Shown here: positions 53,637 to 62,477 of the stretch, piece by piece | Numbering within the stretch: the first letter of the stretch is position 1 | Layout of the letters: every line of letters begins with the position of its first letter | Notes under the pieces: model-generated | The model's database searches: none | What the model was told of the DNA's origin: nothing | The model's input: the letters and a program-made list of their open reading frames with translations, nothing else | Position numbers and translations under genes: made by a program | Assembly (NCBI GenBank): GCA_049969615.1 | Contig: JBMFOM010000001.1 | Coordinates: 1-64,000, forward strand | Length of the DNA stretch: 64,000 bases | Direction: 5' to 3' | From: a candidate division WOR-3 bacterium | GTDB lineage: Bacteria; Hydrothermota; Hydrothermia; JBDRYB01

Positions 53637-53846
53637 TCAAAATTGGCCCCCCTTTTTGCCCGCCCAAACCGCGCCTGCGCCGAGCGCGAGGCCAACCCCA
53701 TCCCAAAAAATGTCGCGCCAGCTGAACCTGCCCTTTGTCTTCCAGTCATAAATCTCCTTGACGAAAGAGGCCGCGACATGCTTGGCCTTATCCGGGCCAA
53801 AGAGGGGATCGGGAGACATAAATAGCAAAACTATTGCCGCGATCAT
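53637..53846 (-). CDS. Short YfiM-like protein
   Basis: DKAKH...KEIYD...FSWRDIFWDGVG resembles the YfiM family; central helices appear missing. Confidence 0.5.
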   Translation of the reverse strand: MIAAIVLLFMSPDPLFGPDKAKHVAASFVKEIYDWKTKGRFSWRDIFWDGVGLALGAGAVWAGKKGGQF

Positions 53847-54820
53847 GCCTGAAGGAACCCCCGGAGCGCTTCCGCGGCCCTGGCCTGCGCCTCACTGGCC
53901 ATGTATAGACGCTCCGCTATGGTTTTCCGGTCCTTTGCGAGGAGGTCTGCCACGAGCTCAAGCGCGGTAAGGGGCCTCAGGGCCTCCAGTGCTTCACTCC
54001 ACATGGCCATTGCCCGATCAAGGTGGGGGGAGGAGAGCTCCATTATCTCGGAGGCCATATCCGTGAAGTGCATTGCGGAGATGCAGGACCCAGCCGCGCA
54101 GGATATTATCCAGTGAAGGCATGAATGGGAGTCCGGCCCGCAGGCCTCGCAATAGGGGTCTTGATCCAAAGCAGAGGCTATTATGTCCCAAGCGGGCTTG
54201 CCGGTGAGCCAGCCGGGGTCAGAGGGCGCCTTGTTCTCGTATAGGTCAACCGCGTGAGAAAACGCCTCCCGTATAAACGGCACGGGATCAGGCTCCTCTC
54301 CAGGCTCCCCCAGAACGATTATTTGCCAAGGGAGGTCCATTGTGGCCTCGTATTCTTCGGCCATAACGGGCAAGCCCACGAATGAATCCCCGGATACGCC
54401 GGCTATGAGGCTCCATTGGCCTGCCCTGAAACCGCCAAAACAGCCCTGTGCTATGACGGGTATGCCGGATTCAAGGCTCTCCGCGATGGGTTCCTCAAGG
54501 TGCTCCGAAAAGAATGAATCCGGTTCATCCAGAAAAGCTTCAAGGTCCTGGGGATACCTGAAACCCTCAGGAATCCTTCTCATGGGAACACCAAGGGCGC
54601 GGGACGCGAACCCCAGATAAACCGCCTGGTTTCCGGTTGTCCACCAGGCCTTGCACTCCTCGTCCGGGGATGCCTGAACCATGAAAGCGGTGCCCAGGAT
54701 GCCGTTTATAAAATCATAGTCATAGTCATCGCGAAGCCTGGCAACGGCTGATTTTATGGCCCAGCTGAGGGAAACAAACTGACCCCCCGTCATCCGGAGG
54801 GGCTGAAGTCCTTCAATCAT
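53843..54820 (-). CDS. Hypothetical protein (possible papain-like/BtrH-like fold)
   Basis: Long ORF; IAESLESGIPVI...WSLIAG pattern; ATG at 54820 lies 6 nt after TATAAT. Confidence 0.55.
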   Translation of the reverse strand: MIEGLQPLRMTGGQFVSLSWAIKSAVARLRDDYDYDFINGILGTAFMVQASPDEECKAWWTTGNQAVYLGFASRALGVPMRRIPEGFRYPQDLEAFLDEPDSFFSEHLEEPIAESLESGIPVIAQGCFGGFRAGQWSLIAGVSGDSFVGLPVMAEEYEATMDLPWQIIVLGEPGEEPDPVPFIREAFSHAVDLYENKAPSDPGWLTGKPAWDIIASALDQDPYCEACGPDSHSCLHWIISCAAGSCISAMHFTDMASEIMELSSPHLDRAMAMWSEALEALRPLTALELVADLLAKDRKTIAERLYMASEAQARAAEALRGFLQA

Positions 54821-54919
54821 GGGCAAATTATACCCTCGGCTGGGCCGGATTTTCCAATCAAGAGACCTTGAAAACCCCTGAGCCGAGACCTTAGAATTTG
54901 CGTCAGAGGAGGAATAGTA

Positions 54920-56092
54920 ATGCGTTTTCTCGTCGGAAGAGATGCTTTTGTTGAAGCCCTGTCCGCGGCGGTAAGGATATTGCCCACGAGATCGCCAATC
55001 CCGATCCTGGACACAGTCCTTCTAAAGGTTGAAGATCAGACCCTTGAGATAGCGGCTACCAATATGGACATATCCCTCAGGGAATACCTCTCGGTAGCCG
55101 AGGCCGAGGACGGGTCGGTCGCTGTTCAGGGCAAGACGCTGTTCAATACCGTCAGCTCCCTGAGGGGGCCGAGTCTTTCTTTCAAATTTGAGGACAGGGC
55201 CCTTTATCTCAAGCACGATGGCGGAAAGTATAGGTTCTCCGGGTTCTCTCCGGATGAGTTCCCCAGGATTCGCCAACTGCCGGATATTCCGGGTTTCCGT
55301 GTCAAAACCTCTGATGTGAAGGAAGGACTTGCGACCGTGTCCTTCTGCGCGGCAAGGGAAGACCCCAGGACATTCCTTACGGGGGTTCTTTGGGAACTCA
55401 GGCCAGGCGAAATGCTTTTTGTAGCCTCGGACAGCCAGCGGCTCGGCCTCTGGCGCAAGGAGGCGGCCATTGATGGCTCTGCCAGCGCTATAATCTCAAA
55501 ACCAATGGCTGATCTCATAAGGAACCTGTCCGGAGAAACCCTTGAGCTAAAAATTGAGGATGACTTCATATATGTGTCTCACCCCAGGGGGCACGTCCTA
55601 TCCCGGCTGATGCCGGGCCCCTATGCCCAATACGAAGCCGTGATTCCAGCCGATCCAGGGAACGAGCTTAGGCTCTCGTGCGGCGAGCTCACCGAGGCCA
55701 TGAAGAGGGTCATGGAATTCACCGAGCCTCCGCTGAACACCGTGAGGCTCATACTCTCCGGTTCTGTAGCCAGGCTTGAGGCCCACAGCGCGGCCGGCTC
55801 AGCCGAGGAAGAGATCCCCAGCGAATACTATGGCCCTGACACAGTACTCGGGCTTTCAGGAAAGATGATCCTTGAGGTCCTGAGGTCATTGCATTCAGAC
55901 AGGTTAACCCTGCGGATATACAGCTCCACCTCTCCATTCAAGATTGAACCCTCCTCAAACGAATCCGGCCAGGAGGTCCTGTATCTGGTTATGCCCGTGA
56001 AGCTGGAGGAATTCCTCACGCGCGAGGAAGAGGAGGAAGAACCAGAGGAAGATCTGGAGGAACCCGACGAGTCCGAAGAAGAAGAGTTCTGA
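54920..56092 (+). CDS. dnaN: DNA polymerase III subunit beta
   Basis: PIPILD, ATNMDI, DEFP, RTFLTGV, VASDSQRL, YLVMPVK; acidic C-terminal extension. Confidence 0.92.
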   Translation: MRFLVGRDAFVEALSAAVRILPTRSPIPILDTVLLKVEDQTLEIAATNMDISLREYLSVAEAEDGSVAVQGKTLFNTVSSLRGPSLSFKFEDRALYLKHDGGKYRFSGFSPDEFPRIRQLPDIPGFRVKTSDVKEGLATVSFCAAREDPRTFLTGVLWELRPGEMLFVASDSQRLGLWRKEAAIDGSASAIISKPMADLIRNLSGETLELKIEDDFIYVSHPRGHVLSRLMPGPYAQYEAVIPADPGNELRLSCGELTEAMKRVMEFTEPPLNTVRLILSGSVARLEAHSAAGSAEEEIPSEYYGPDTVLGLSGKMILEVLRSLHSDRLTLRIYSSTSPFKIEPSSNESGQEVLYLVMPVKLEEFLTREEEEEEPEEDLEEPDESEEEEF

Positions 56093-56120
56093 GAGGGGCA
56101 CCCATAATCCTTGCCCTGAT

Positions 56121-56558
56121 TTGCCGGTTTTGGTGTCCGCGTGTCTCGTGGGTGTTCATTGTAGATACGACGGTTCAAGCAGACCGGATCTGGCGCCGCG
56201 CATCCCAGACAATCGCATACTCATTCCCGTGTGTCCGGAACAATTGGGCGGATTGCCGACCCCACGGCCTCCAGCCCTGTTATGCGGAGGTGATGGGCGG
56301 GATGTGCTTTCGGGAAGGGCAAGTGTTCTGAGTCAGGATGGCCAGGATGTAACAGAGAAGTTTATGAGGGGCGCGCTGGAAACAGTCGGGATAGCCAAAA
56401 AGCTATGTGTCCAGGAGGCCTATCTGATTGAAAAAAGCCCATCCTGCGGAGTGAACTGGGTTTGGACAACATCGGGCCTTTATCCGGGAATGGGTGTAGC
56501 GGCCGCGGCCCTCACGGCCAAAGGGGTCAGGGTGATCGGCCTTGGGGAACCTGATTAG
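56121..56558 (+). CDS. DUF523 (2-thiouracil desulfurase family) protein
   Basis: VSACLVGVHCRYDG, PVCPEQLGGLPTPR, KSPSCG. Confidence 0.9.
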   Translation: MPVLVSACLVGVHCRYDGSSRPDLAPRIPDNRILIPVCPEQLGGLPTPRPPALLCGGDGRDVLSGRASVLSQDGQDVTEKFMRGALETVGIAKKLCVQEAYLIEKSPSCGVNWVWTTSGLYPGMGVAAAALTAKGVRVIGLGEPD

Positions 56559-56564
56559 TTATTT

Positions 56565-56680
56565 GAGAGCTCTGATAGAGTAGCAATAACTTACTGGTTT
56601 GGGGGATGGGCGCTTTGTCCAAGAGAACAGGGTTCTACCGCCACAATAGCATTCCCTCAGGGTTCTCTTCTAGAGGGGTT
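56565..56680 (+). repeat. Family B repeat plus fragment of family C
   Basis: GAGAGCTCTGATAGAGTAGCAATAACTTACTGGTTTG...CGCTTTGTCCAAGAGAACAGGGTTCT matches 21240-21312 and 57857-57921. Confidence 0.8.
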
Positions 56681-56800
56681 TTTATTTGCTTGATTTGGCC
56701 TTGAACTGCCGGTTTTTGTCAGAAAAAAGGCCTTGATCGTTCACCACTCTCCGGCCTATAATATATCCGAGCAAAATAAAAAGTTTTTTGGAGGTGAAAA

Positions 56801-57766
56801 ATGAAATTGAACAGACACAGTTTTGGAATGCTCGCGGGTAAAACCGCGGCGCGGGGTGAGCGTTTTGAGAGGGTTACCCATGCTGATGCCCCTGAAACCG
56901 AAAATATTCTGCCAGTAAGGGATGCCAACGCGGCTCTTAGGGTAGCCCTATTCGGTCTCGGTCTCGGTCCGGATTGCGAGGTTCTGGTTCCTGCCTTTGG
57001 AAAACATACGCCCGGCCCGGATGTCTTCAGCGTTGGCGCTAGGCCCTCCTATGTGGATGTCGGGGAGGACATTGTCCTCAACCGCGGCAACCTCACACGC
57101 AAACTGGAAAGCGAATACCGCAGAGAAAATGGCGTTTGGGTCCACAAAAGAAGGGGCTGGGTGCTCCGGGGCATCGTGATGACCCATCCGCTCGGCTTCT
57201 CGCCGTTCGTTAATGAGGTAGAGGAATTCGCGGCCGAACACGGTCTCGTCTTGGTGGATGATGCCCGCGGTGCGCTTGGCTCAAGAGTCTGGAGCGCATC
57301 GCGTTCCACCTGGATATGCGCTGGTAGCGGAGGAACCGTCGGTGTGGCCTCCTCCGAGAGCGCCTCGTTCCTGGTGTCAAAAGACCCCGAGCTTCTGATG
57401 CTCGTTTCAATGCATGTCAAGACAGCCGAATTCTACGATATGAATGCGGAGGCCATGAAAGAGCTCCGGATAGCCGGCGCACAGGCCAGGAAATCTATAG
57501 GGGAGATCCTGAGCCGCGCTGGCCTCGGGAATGTCCTGGAAACGCCAAATTACTGTCAATCAGCTTGCCGAGAGGTTCTTCTGATCGCTGAGCATGACAG
57601 GGATGAGGCCATGGACCGCCTTGAAGAGGCCGGGTTTATAGCCGAATCCAATTTCTATCCCCAAGCGATCATGGAGGCCTGCGAGAGGCAATTTGGCTAT
57701 AGAAAGGGCAGGTGTCCGGACTCAGAGGAACTAGCGAGGAGGGCTATAGCCGTGAGAAGGAAGTAG
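56801..57766 (+). CDS. Degenerate DegT/DnrJ/EryC1/StrS aminotransferase homologue
   Basis: GLGPDCEVLVPAF, VGARPSYVDV, LVDDARGALGS, FGYRKGRCPDSE; PLP-lysine loop not found. Confidence 0.65.
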   Translation: MKLNRHSFGMLAGKTAARGERFERVTHADAPETENILPVRDANAALRVALFGLGLGPDCEVLVPAFGKHTPGPDVFSVGARPSYVDVGEDIVLNRGNLTRKLESEYRRENGVWVHKRRGWVLRGIVMTHPLGFSPFVNEVEEFAAEHGLVLVDDARGALGSRVWSASRSTWICAGSGGTVGVASSESASFLVSKDPELLMLVSMHVKTAEFYDMNAEAMKELRIAGAQARKSIGEILSRAGLGNVLETPNYCQSACREVLLIAEHDRDEAMDRLEEAGFIAESNFYPQAIMEACERQFGYRKGRCPDSEELARRAIAVRRK

Positions 57767-57856
57767 TATGAAAATTTGGGCGGCCTGCCCGGGGAACGAT
57801 CCGATCCCTATTACTCCGGGAAGGGCCGCCCTCCTGCGTTTGGCACTGGTAAGACC

Positions 57857-58084
57857 TTTGATAAAGTAGTAATAACTTACAGGTTGAGCCAGGAGCGCTT
57901 TGTCCAAGAGAACAGGTTTCTAAGAGGGGCCCCTGAAAAATCCCGCCGAGAGGGCATTTCCTCAGGGTTCTCTTCTGGCTATGATGAGGCTTTCGGATGG
58001 GGACCGAGGACAAACCGGGATTTTTCAGGGGTTTCATAATGAGCAATATGGACCTTGAATCTGCCGCAGGAAGTGGGCTATAAT
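57857..58084 (+). mobile_element. MITE-like mosaic: family B, family C (inverted repeats), family E-like promoter end
   Basis: CCCCTGAAAAATCCCG (about 57930) / CGGGATTTTTCAGGGG (about 58016) perfect 16-bp inverted repeat; TTGAAT, 18 nt, TATAAT at 58055-58084. Confidence 0.75.
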
Positions 58085-58091
58085 TTCCTCC

Positions 58092-59147
58092 ATGAAGATA
58101 ACTGATGTTTATGCGGTTCTGAGAAGGGTGAAACACGGCGATGGAGATGTGGTATCAGCGGGTTTTGTCAAGGGAGTTTCAATAACCGGCGAAAGGGTCT
58201 CTGTGGTCTTTCTGTTCCCGGATGAGATGAGGGGCAAGGAAAAACCGCTCCTGGAAGAGGCGCGAAAACTGCTTGAGGCAGAGGGCGCGGAGAAGATAGA
58301 CTTTGAGGTCAACTTTGCCATTCTCACGGGAAAAAAGAGTACGGCAGACCTCAAGAAAAGGCCCATCCCTGGAGTAAAAAATGTTATTCTCGTGACCAGC
58401 GGAAAGGGGGGCGTCGGCAAGTCAACGGTTGCCGCGAACCTGGCCGCGGAGCTGGCTCTAAGGGGACTGAGAGTGGGGCTGTTTGACGCGGATGTCTATG
58501 GACCATCAGTGCCAACCCTCATGGGCATCCAGGGTGCGGAAATAAGGGCGGAAAACGACAAGATAATCCCGGTTGAAGCATATAGGGTAAAGGTAATGTC
58601 CCTCGGCCTGATGCTTGAGGATGACAGTCCCGTGATTTGGCGAGGCCCTCTGGTTCACAAAGCATACGAACAACTTCTGTTTGAAACCAATTGGGGCGAG
58701 TTGGATTTTCTCGTGCTTGACCTTCCGCCCGGAACAGGAGACGCTCAATTGTCTATGGCGCAACTGGTGGAGATAGCGGGGGGCCTGGTGGTTACAACGC
58801 CGCAGGTCCTCGCGATCAATGATGTGCGGAGGGCCCTGTCCATGCTCAGAAAGGTTGATGTCCCAGCCATAGGCATAGTGGAAACCATGAGCTACTACAA
58901 ATGTCCAGGGTGCGGCCGCGAAGAGAACATCTTCGGTGAGGGGGGTGGAGAGAGGCTCTCGGCCGAAACCGGGGTTCCCCTCCTGGCGAAGATACCCATG
59001 GAGATTGATCTCGTGGCCGCCTCGGACGCGGGGATACCCATAGTGGTCGCGAAGCCCAATTCCGAAGCCACAAAAGCCTTTGTTCGTCTGGCAGAGGAGG
59101 TGGTAAGTTATGTCACAAAGGGAAGGGTCAAATCCGTGGAGGACTAG
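58092..59147 (+). CDS. mrp: Mrp/NBP35 family Fe-S cluster carrier ATPase
   Basis: SGKGGVGKST, DADVYGPS, WRGP, DLPPGTGD, VTTPQ, CPGC. Confidence 0.93.
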   Translation: MKITDVYAVLRRVKHGDGDVVSAGFVKGVSITGERVSVVFLFPDEMRGKEKPLLEEARKLLEAEGAEKIDFEVNFAILTGKKSTADLKKRPIPGVKNVILVTSGKGGVGKSTVAANLAAELALRGLRVGLFDADVYGPSVPTLMGIQGAEIRAENDKIIPVEAYRVKVMSLGLMLEDDSPVIWRGPLVHKAYEQLLFETNWGELDFLVLDLPPGTGDAQLSMAQLVEIAGGLVVTTPQVLAINDVRRALSMLRKVDVPAIGIVETMSYYKCPGCGREENIFGEGGGERLSAETGVPLLAKIPMEIDLVAASDAGIPIVVAKPNSEATKAFVRLAEEVVSYVTKGRVKSVED

Positions 59148-59739
59148 CGGTTTTATCCTTCTGTTCATAATGGCCTGCGTGCCATCCCAGGTTTCCCACA
59201 TGAGGCTTGATATGAGCGTTGGCTACAGCGTCGTCTACAGGATAACCTTCTGGAACCAGGAAAAACCCGGGACAACAAAGGTTAGGATGGCGGTTCATGT
59301 GACCGAATTAACTGACCTGGATTATTCTTTAACCGCGAATATAAAAGGAGACCAGGAGGGAACGATCTTTCTTTTGGTATCGCCCGGCGGCAAGACCATG
59401 GAGGCCGAGGTCCATGGCCTGCCTGATCCTTGGGAAGATGTCGCCTCCGCGGGAATTGTTTCGCCGTGTGCTCCCCTACCGCAGGAGCCGGTCTCGCCGG
59501 GTCAGAGCTGGGAAGTGTCCCTGGCAAACGGCAGGGGAACCTATACCTATAAGGGCACTGGCCTCTTGGACGGGAAACAGGGATATATATTGGAATTCAA
59601 CCTATCAACCACCGTGATAAAGGACATAAGGGCCACCGGGAGAATATCTGTCTCACCTGATAACGGCGTAGTCCAGGCGGGCGCCGGAACCATCACGACG
59701 GCTTTCGGGACATACGGGTACAGGATGATAAGGGAATAA
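59110..59739 (+). CDS. Hypothetical protein, possible lipoprotein
   Basis: FILLFIMAC hydrophobic stretch ending in Cys; LPQEPVSPGQSW; start uncertain. Confidence 0.55.
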   Translation: MSQREGSNPWRTSGFILLFIMACVPSQVSHMRLDMSVGYSVVYRITFWNQEKPGTTKVRMAVHVTELTDLDYSLTANIKGDQEGTIFLLVSPGGKTMEAEVHGLPDPWEDVASAGIVSPCAPLPQEPVSPGQSWEVSLANGRGTYTYKGTGLLDGKQGYILEFNLSTTVIKDIRATGRISVSPDNGVVQAGAGTITTAFGTYGYRMIRE

Positions 59740-59804
59740 TTCATGAATCCTAAAACACAATCGTATTAGCGAATCCCATATCTACCCGATGAGTTTCGCT
59801 AATC

Positions 59805-61325
59805 TCAGCACACCCCGCACTCCCCGCATCCGGGAAAACACGGCGGGGTGGGTTCATCATCCATGGCCCTCCTCCACTCCGCGTCCAGAAAATCCCGTGA
59901 AACCCCGGAGCTCACACGGAGAAACGGAGCTGAAAGTGGATAGCCGGGGTCATCCAGATACAAAGAGGGGATGGCGCCCGCCTTCTTGAGGCCAGAGGCG
60001 AGGCTGATGTCCTCCTGGGCCGCGACCAACAGCGCCGCGGAAACGCTCTGGTCGCCGCGGGAGAGAATCGCCTCCTCTCTAGCCTTCCGGTAGCCATGAA
60101 CCTTTAGGAGAACATCCTTTGGGACATTGATCAACGAAACCCTTTTCTTGTAATCCTCTTCTGAAAGGAACCGCGCGCGATAAAACGGGGTCCCCGCCTT
60201 TGGCACGAACGGGGAAACAGTGGCCCGAACACGTCTTTTAAAAACGCGCTTTATCTCGCTGACTTGGTCTGATATGGCCCGGACATCCTCTTGGGTCTCT
60301 TTGGGCAAACCGATCATGTAGTAGAGCTTGAGGGAACCGAAGCCCACATCCCTTGCCCAGCGGGCAACATCAAGGATCCTCTCGTTTCCAAAGGGTTTGT
60401 TCAGGGACATTCGTAGGGAATCAGAGGCGACCTCAGGTGCGAGGGTAAGGGTCTTTGCACCACGCCTGGCGAGAAGGGCCAGGAGTTCTGGTTCAAGCGC
60501 GGATGCGTTGAGAGAGGTGGGGTTCAGGATAAGGTGTTGGGGAGAACCAGCGAGTATCTCGCGGATCTCAGGGTGTTCGGCAACGGCTGAACCAACCAGA
60601 GCGACCTGCCTGGTGAGTCCCACGGGCAACTGGCCGAGAAGGTCCAAGACTATCTCGCCGGGTAGGAACCTCGGAGGCAGGCTGGAAAAACCTAGGAGGC
60701 AGAACCTACACCGGTTCGGGCAACCCCTTGAAACTTCAACCAGGAACTCGCCCTTGAAGAAGGAGTCCCTTTCAACAAACGCGGAGAAAGCATCCGACCG
60801 TGTCATGTCCGGGAGCCTGGCCCTTTCCGCATCCTCCTTCTGATCTGGGAGCCAGGCCCAGGCCCTCTCGGAAAGATACGAGAGAAAGCTTTGTCTTTCC
60901 TCATATATTCCCGTTTCCAGAAATGGGATAATGGCCTCTGCCTCACCCACCAGAACGGCATCAAAGGTATGCCAGAGGGGAAACGGATTGGCAGAGGGGG
61001 CAATTCCGCCGGCAAAAAGCAGGTGAAAACCCCTCCTTCTCCTGTCCAGCTCTATTCCCTCGGCCTTAAGGAACCTGAGCGCTGGGAGGTAATCCGGCTC
61101 ATATGAGAACGAGAAGAATATCAGGGAAAACTCATACAGTGGCTTGCCGCTCCTGATGCCGCGGGGGTTGTCCGTGAAAAAGATGTCGGTGAAGGAGAGC
61201 CTATTTAAGCCGCGGAAGGCGGAGTGAAGGCCGAGGTTCTCCGCACCTATCCTCCTGGGGCCCGGAAAAACAAGAGCTATCTCAGGCTTGCCGCCCCCTA
61301 GGCCCTCGAGCCAAACTCTCTCCAA
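59805..61325 (-). CDS. Radical SAM protein (TIGR03960-like)
   Basis: EVSRGCPNRCRFC, TLTLAPE, LKLYYMIGLP, FVPKAGTPF. Confidence 0.85.
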   Translation of the reverse strand: MERVWLEGLGGGKPEIALVFPGPRRIGAENLGLHSAFRGLNRLSFTDIFFTDNPRGIRSGKPLYEFSLIFFSFSYEPDYLPALRFLKAEGIELDRRRRGFHLLFAGGIAPSANPFPLWHTFDAVLVGEAEAIIPFLETGIYEERQSFLSYLSERAWAWLPDQKEDAERARLPDMTRSDAFSAFVERDSFFKGEFLVEVSRGCPNRCRFCLLGFSSLPPRFLPGEIVLDLLGQLPVGLTRQVALVGSAVAEHPEIREILAGSPQHLILNPTSLNASALEPELLALLARRGAKTLTLAPEVASDSLRMSLNKPFGNERILDVARWARDVGFGSLKLYYMIGLPKETQEDVRAISDQVSEIKRVFKRRVRATVSPFVPKAGTPFYRARFLSEEDYKKRVSLINVPKDVLLKVHGYRKAREEAILSRGDQSVSAALLVAAQEDISLASGLKKAGAIPSLYLDDPGYPLSAPFLRVSSGVSRDFLDAEWRRAMDDEPTPPCFPGCGECGVC

Positions 61326-62461
61326 TCATCCTCCTCATCAGGATCAATCAGAGGCCTCTTGAATTCAAAACCAGAATAGATGTCGCCGCTCACCCCTGTC
61401 CGGTCCTTATCTTTGTCTGTCCTGGATGTCCTGGTCGGGCGAGTCACTGGGCCGGGGAAGCGGTATCCGGGCACAAATCCCCTTCTCTCCTTTATGCCGG
61501 TGGCTATCACCGTAACCCGGATGGTCTCGGTCAGCTCCCTATCCATGACCATACCCACTATCGTCTCAGGAGAGCCTGATTGGGCCATGGCCTCCTGGCT
61601 TATCGTGTTGAGTATGGCCTCCATCTCCTCCACTCTCAGGCCGAAATCTGGATTATCCGGAGACTGAATATTCACCAGTATCCTGTCTGCACCGGATATG
61701 TTTTCAATGCCGTCAAGGAGCGGCGCACTGAGGGCCATTTTGGTCGCGCTCACGGCCCTGTTCTCGCCCTTGGCTTCGCCTATGCCAATGAGGGACAGGC
61801 CTCCGTTCTTCATCACGGTCCTGACATCCGCGAAATCCACATTCATATAGCCGGGGTTGCGTATGATGTCAACCACTGACCTGGCCGCGTGGTAGAGGAT
61901 GTCGTCGGCCCGCGCGAAGGCCTGGGGTATGGGAAGCTCCCTTGTGGTCTCCGCGAGCTTGGTGTTGCTTATAACAAGAAGGACATTGGCGTGTTCCCTG
62001 AGCTCCCTCAGCCCAGCCTCGGCCTTGTCCTGCTTGGCCTGGCCCTCAAACCTGAACGGCTTGGTAACTATTGCCACCACGAGGATTCCCTTTTCCTTGG
62101 CTATTCTGGCCACCACCGGGCTGGCACCGGTTCCCGTACCGCCGCCCATACCAGCTGCGATGAAAACCATGTCGTAGCCCTCTATTGCCTTTTCTATCTC
62201 TTCCTCGGATTCCTCTGCGGCCATCTTTCCAACCTCCGGATCAGCGCCAGCACCAAGCCCCCTGGTCACGGTGCTTCCCAGGGGTATCTTGATGTCGGCA
62301 AGGCATGTTTCCAAGACCTGCCTGTCCGTGTTGGCCGCGGCTATGGCCGCGCCAGTAAGCCCCTTCCTCACCATGTGATTTACGGCATTGCACCCAGCCC
62401 CGCCAACGCCTATGACCAGTATCCTGGCCGGATCTGTCCTATCGTCGTAATAGACCTTCAT
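61298..62461 (-). CDS. ftsZ: Cell division protein FtsZ
   Basis: [26 protein letters not shown]. Confidence 0.97.
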   Translation of the reverse strand: MKVYYDDRTDPARILVIGVGGAGCNAVNHMVRKGLTGAAIAAANTDRQVLETCLADIKIPLGSTVTRGLGAGADPEVGKMAAEESEEEIEKAIEGYDMVFIAAGMGGGTGTGASPVVARIAKEKGILVVAIVTKPFRFEGQAKQDKAEAGLRELREHANVLLVISNTKLAETTRELPIPQAFARADDILYHAARSVVDIIRNPGYMNVDFADVRTVMKNGGLSLIGIGEAKGENRAVSATKMALSAPLLDGIENISGADRILVNIQSPDNPDFGLRVEEMEAILNTISQEAMAQSGSPETIVGMVMDRELTETIRVTVIATGIKERRGFVPGYRFPGPVTRPTRTSRTDKDKDRTGVSGDIYSGFEFKRPLIDPDEEDDWREFGSRA

Positions 62462-62477
62462 GTCAGGTTCTCCTTTG

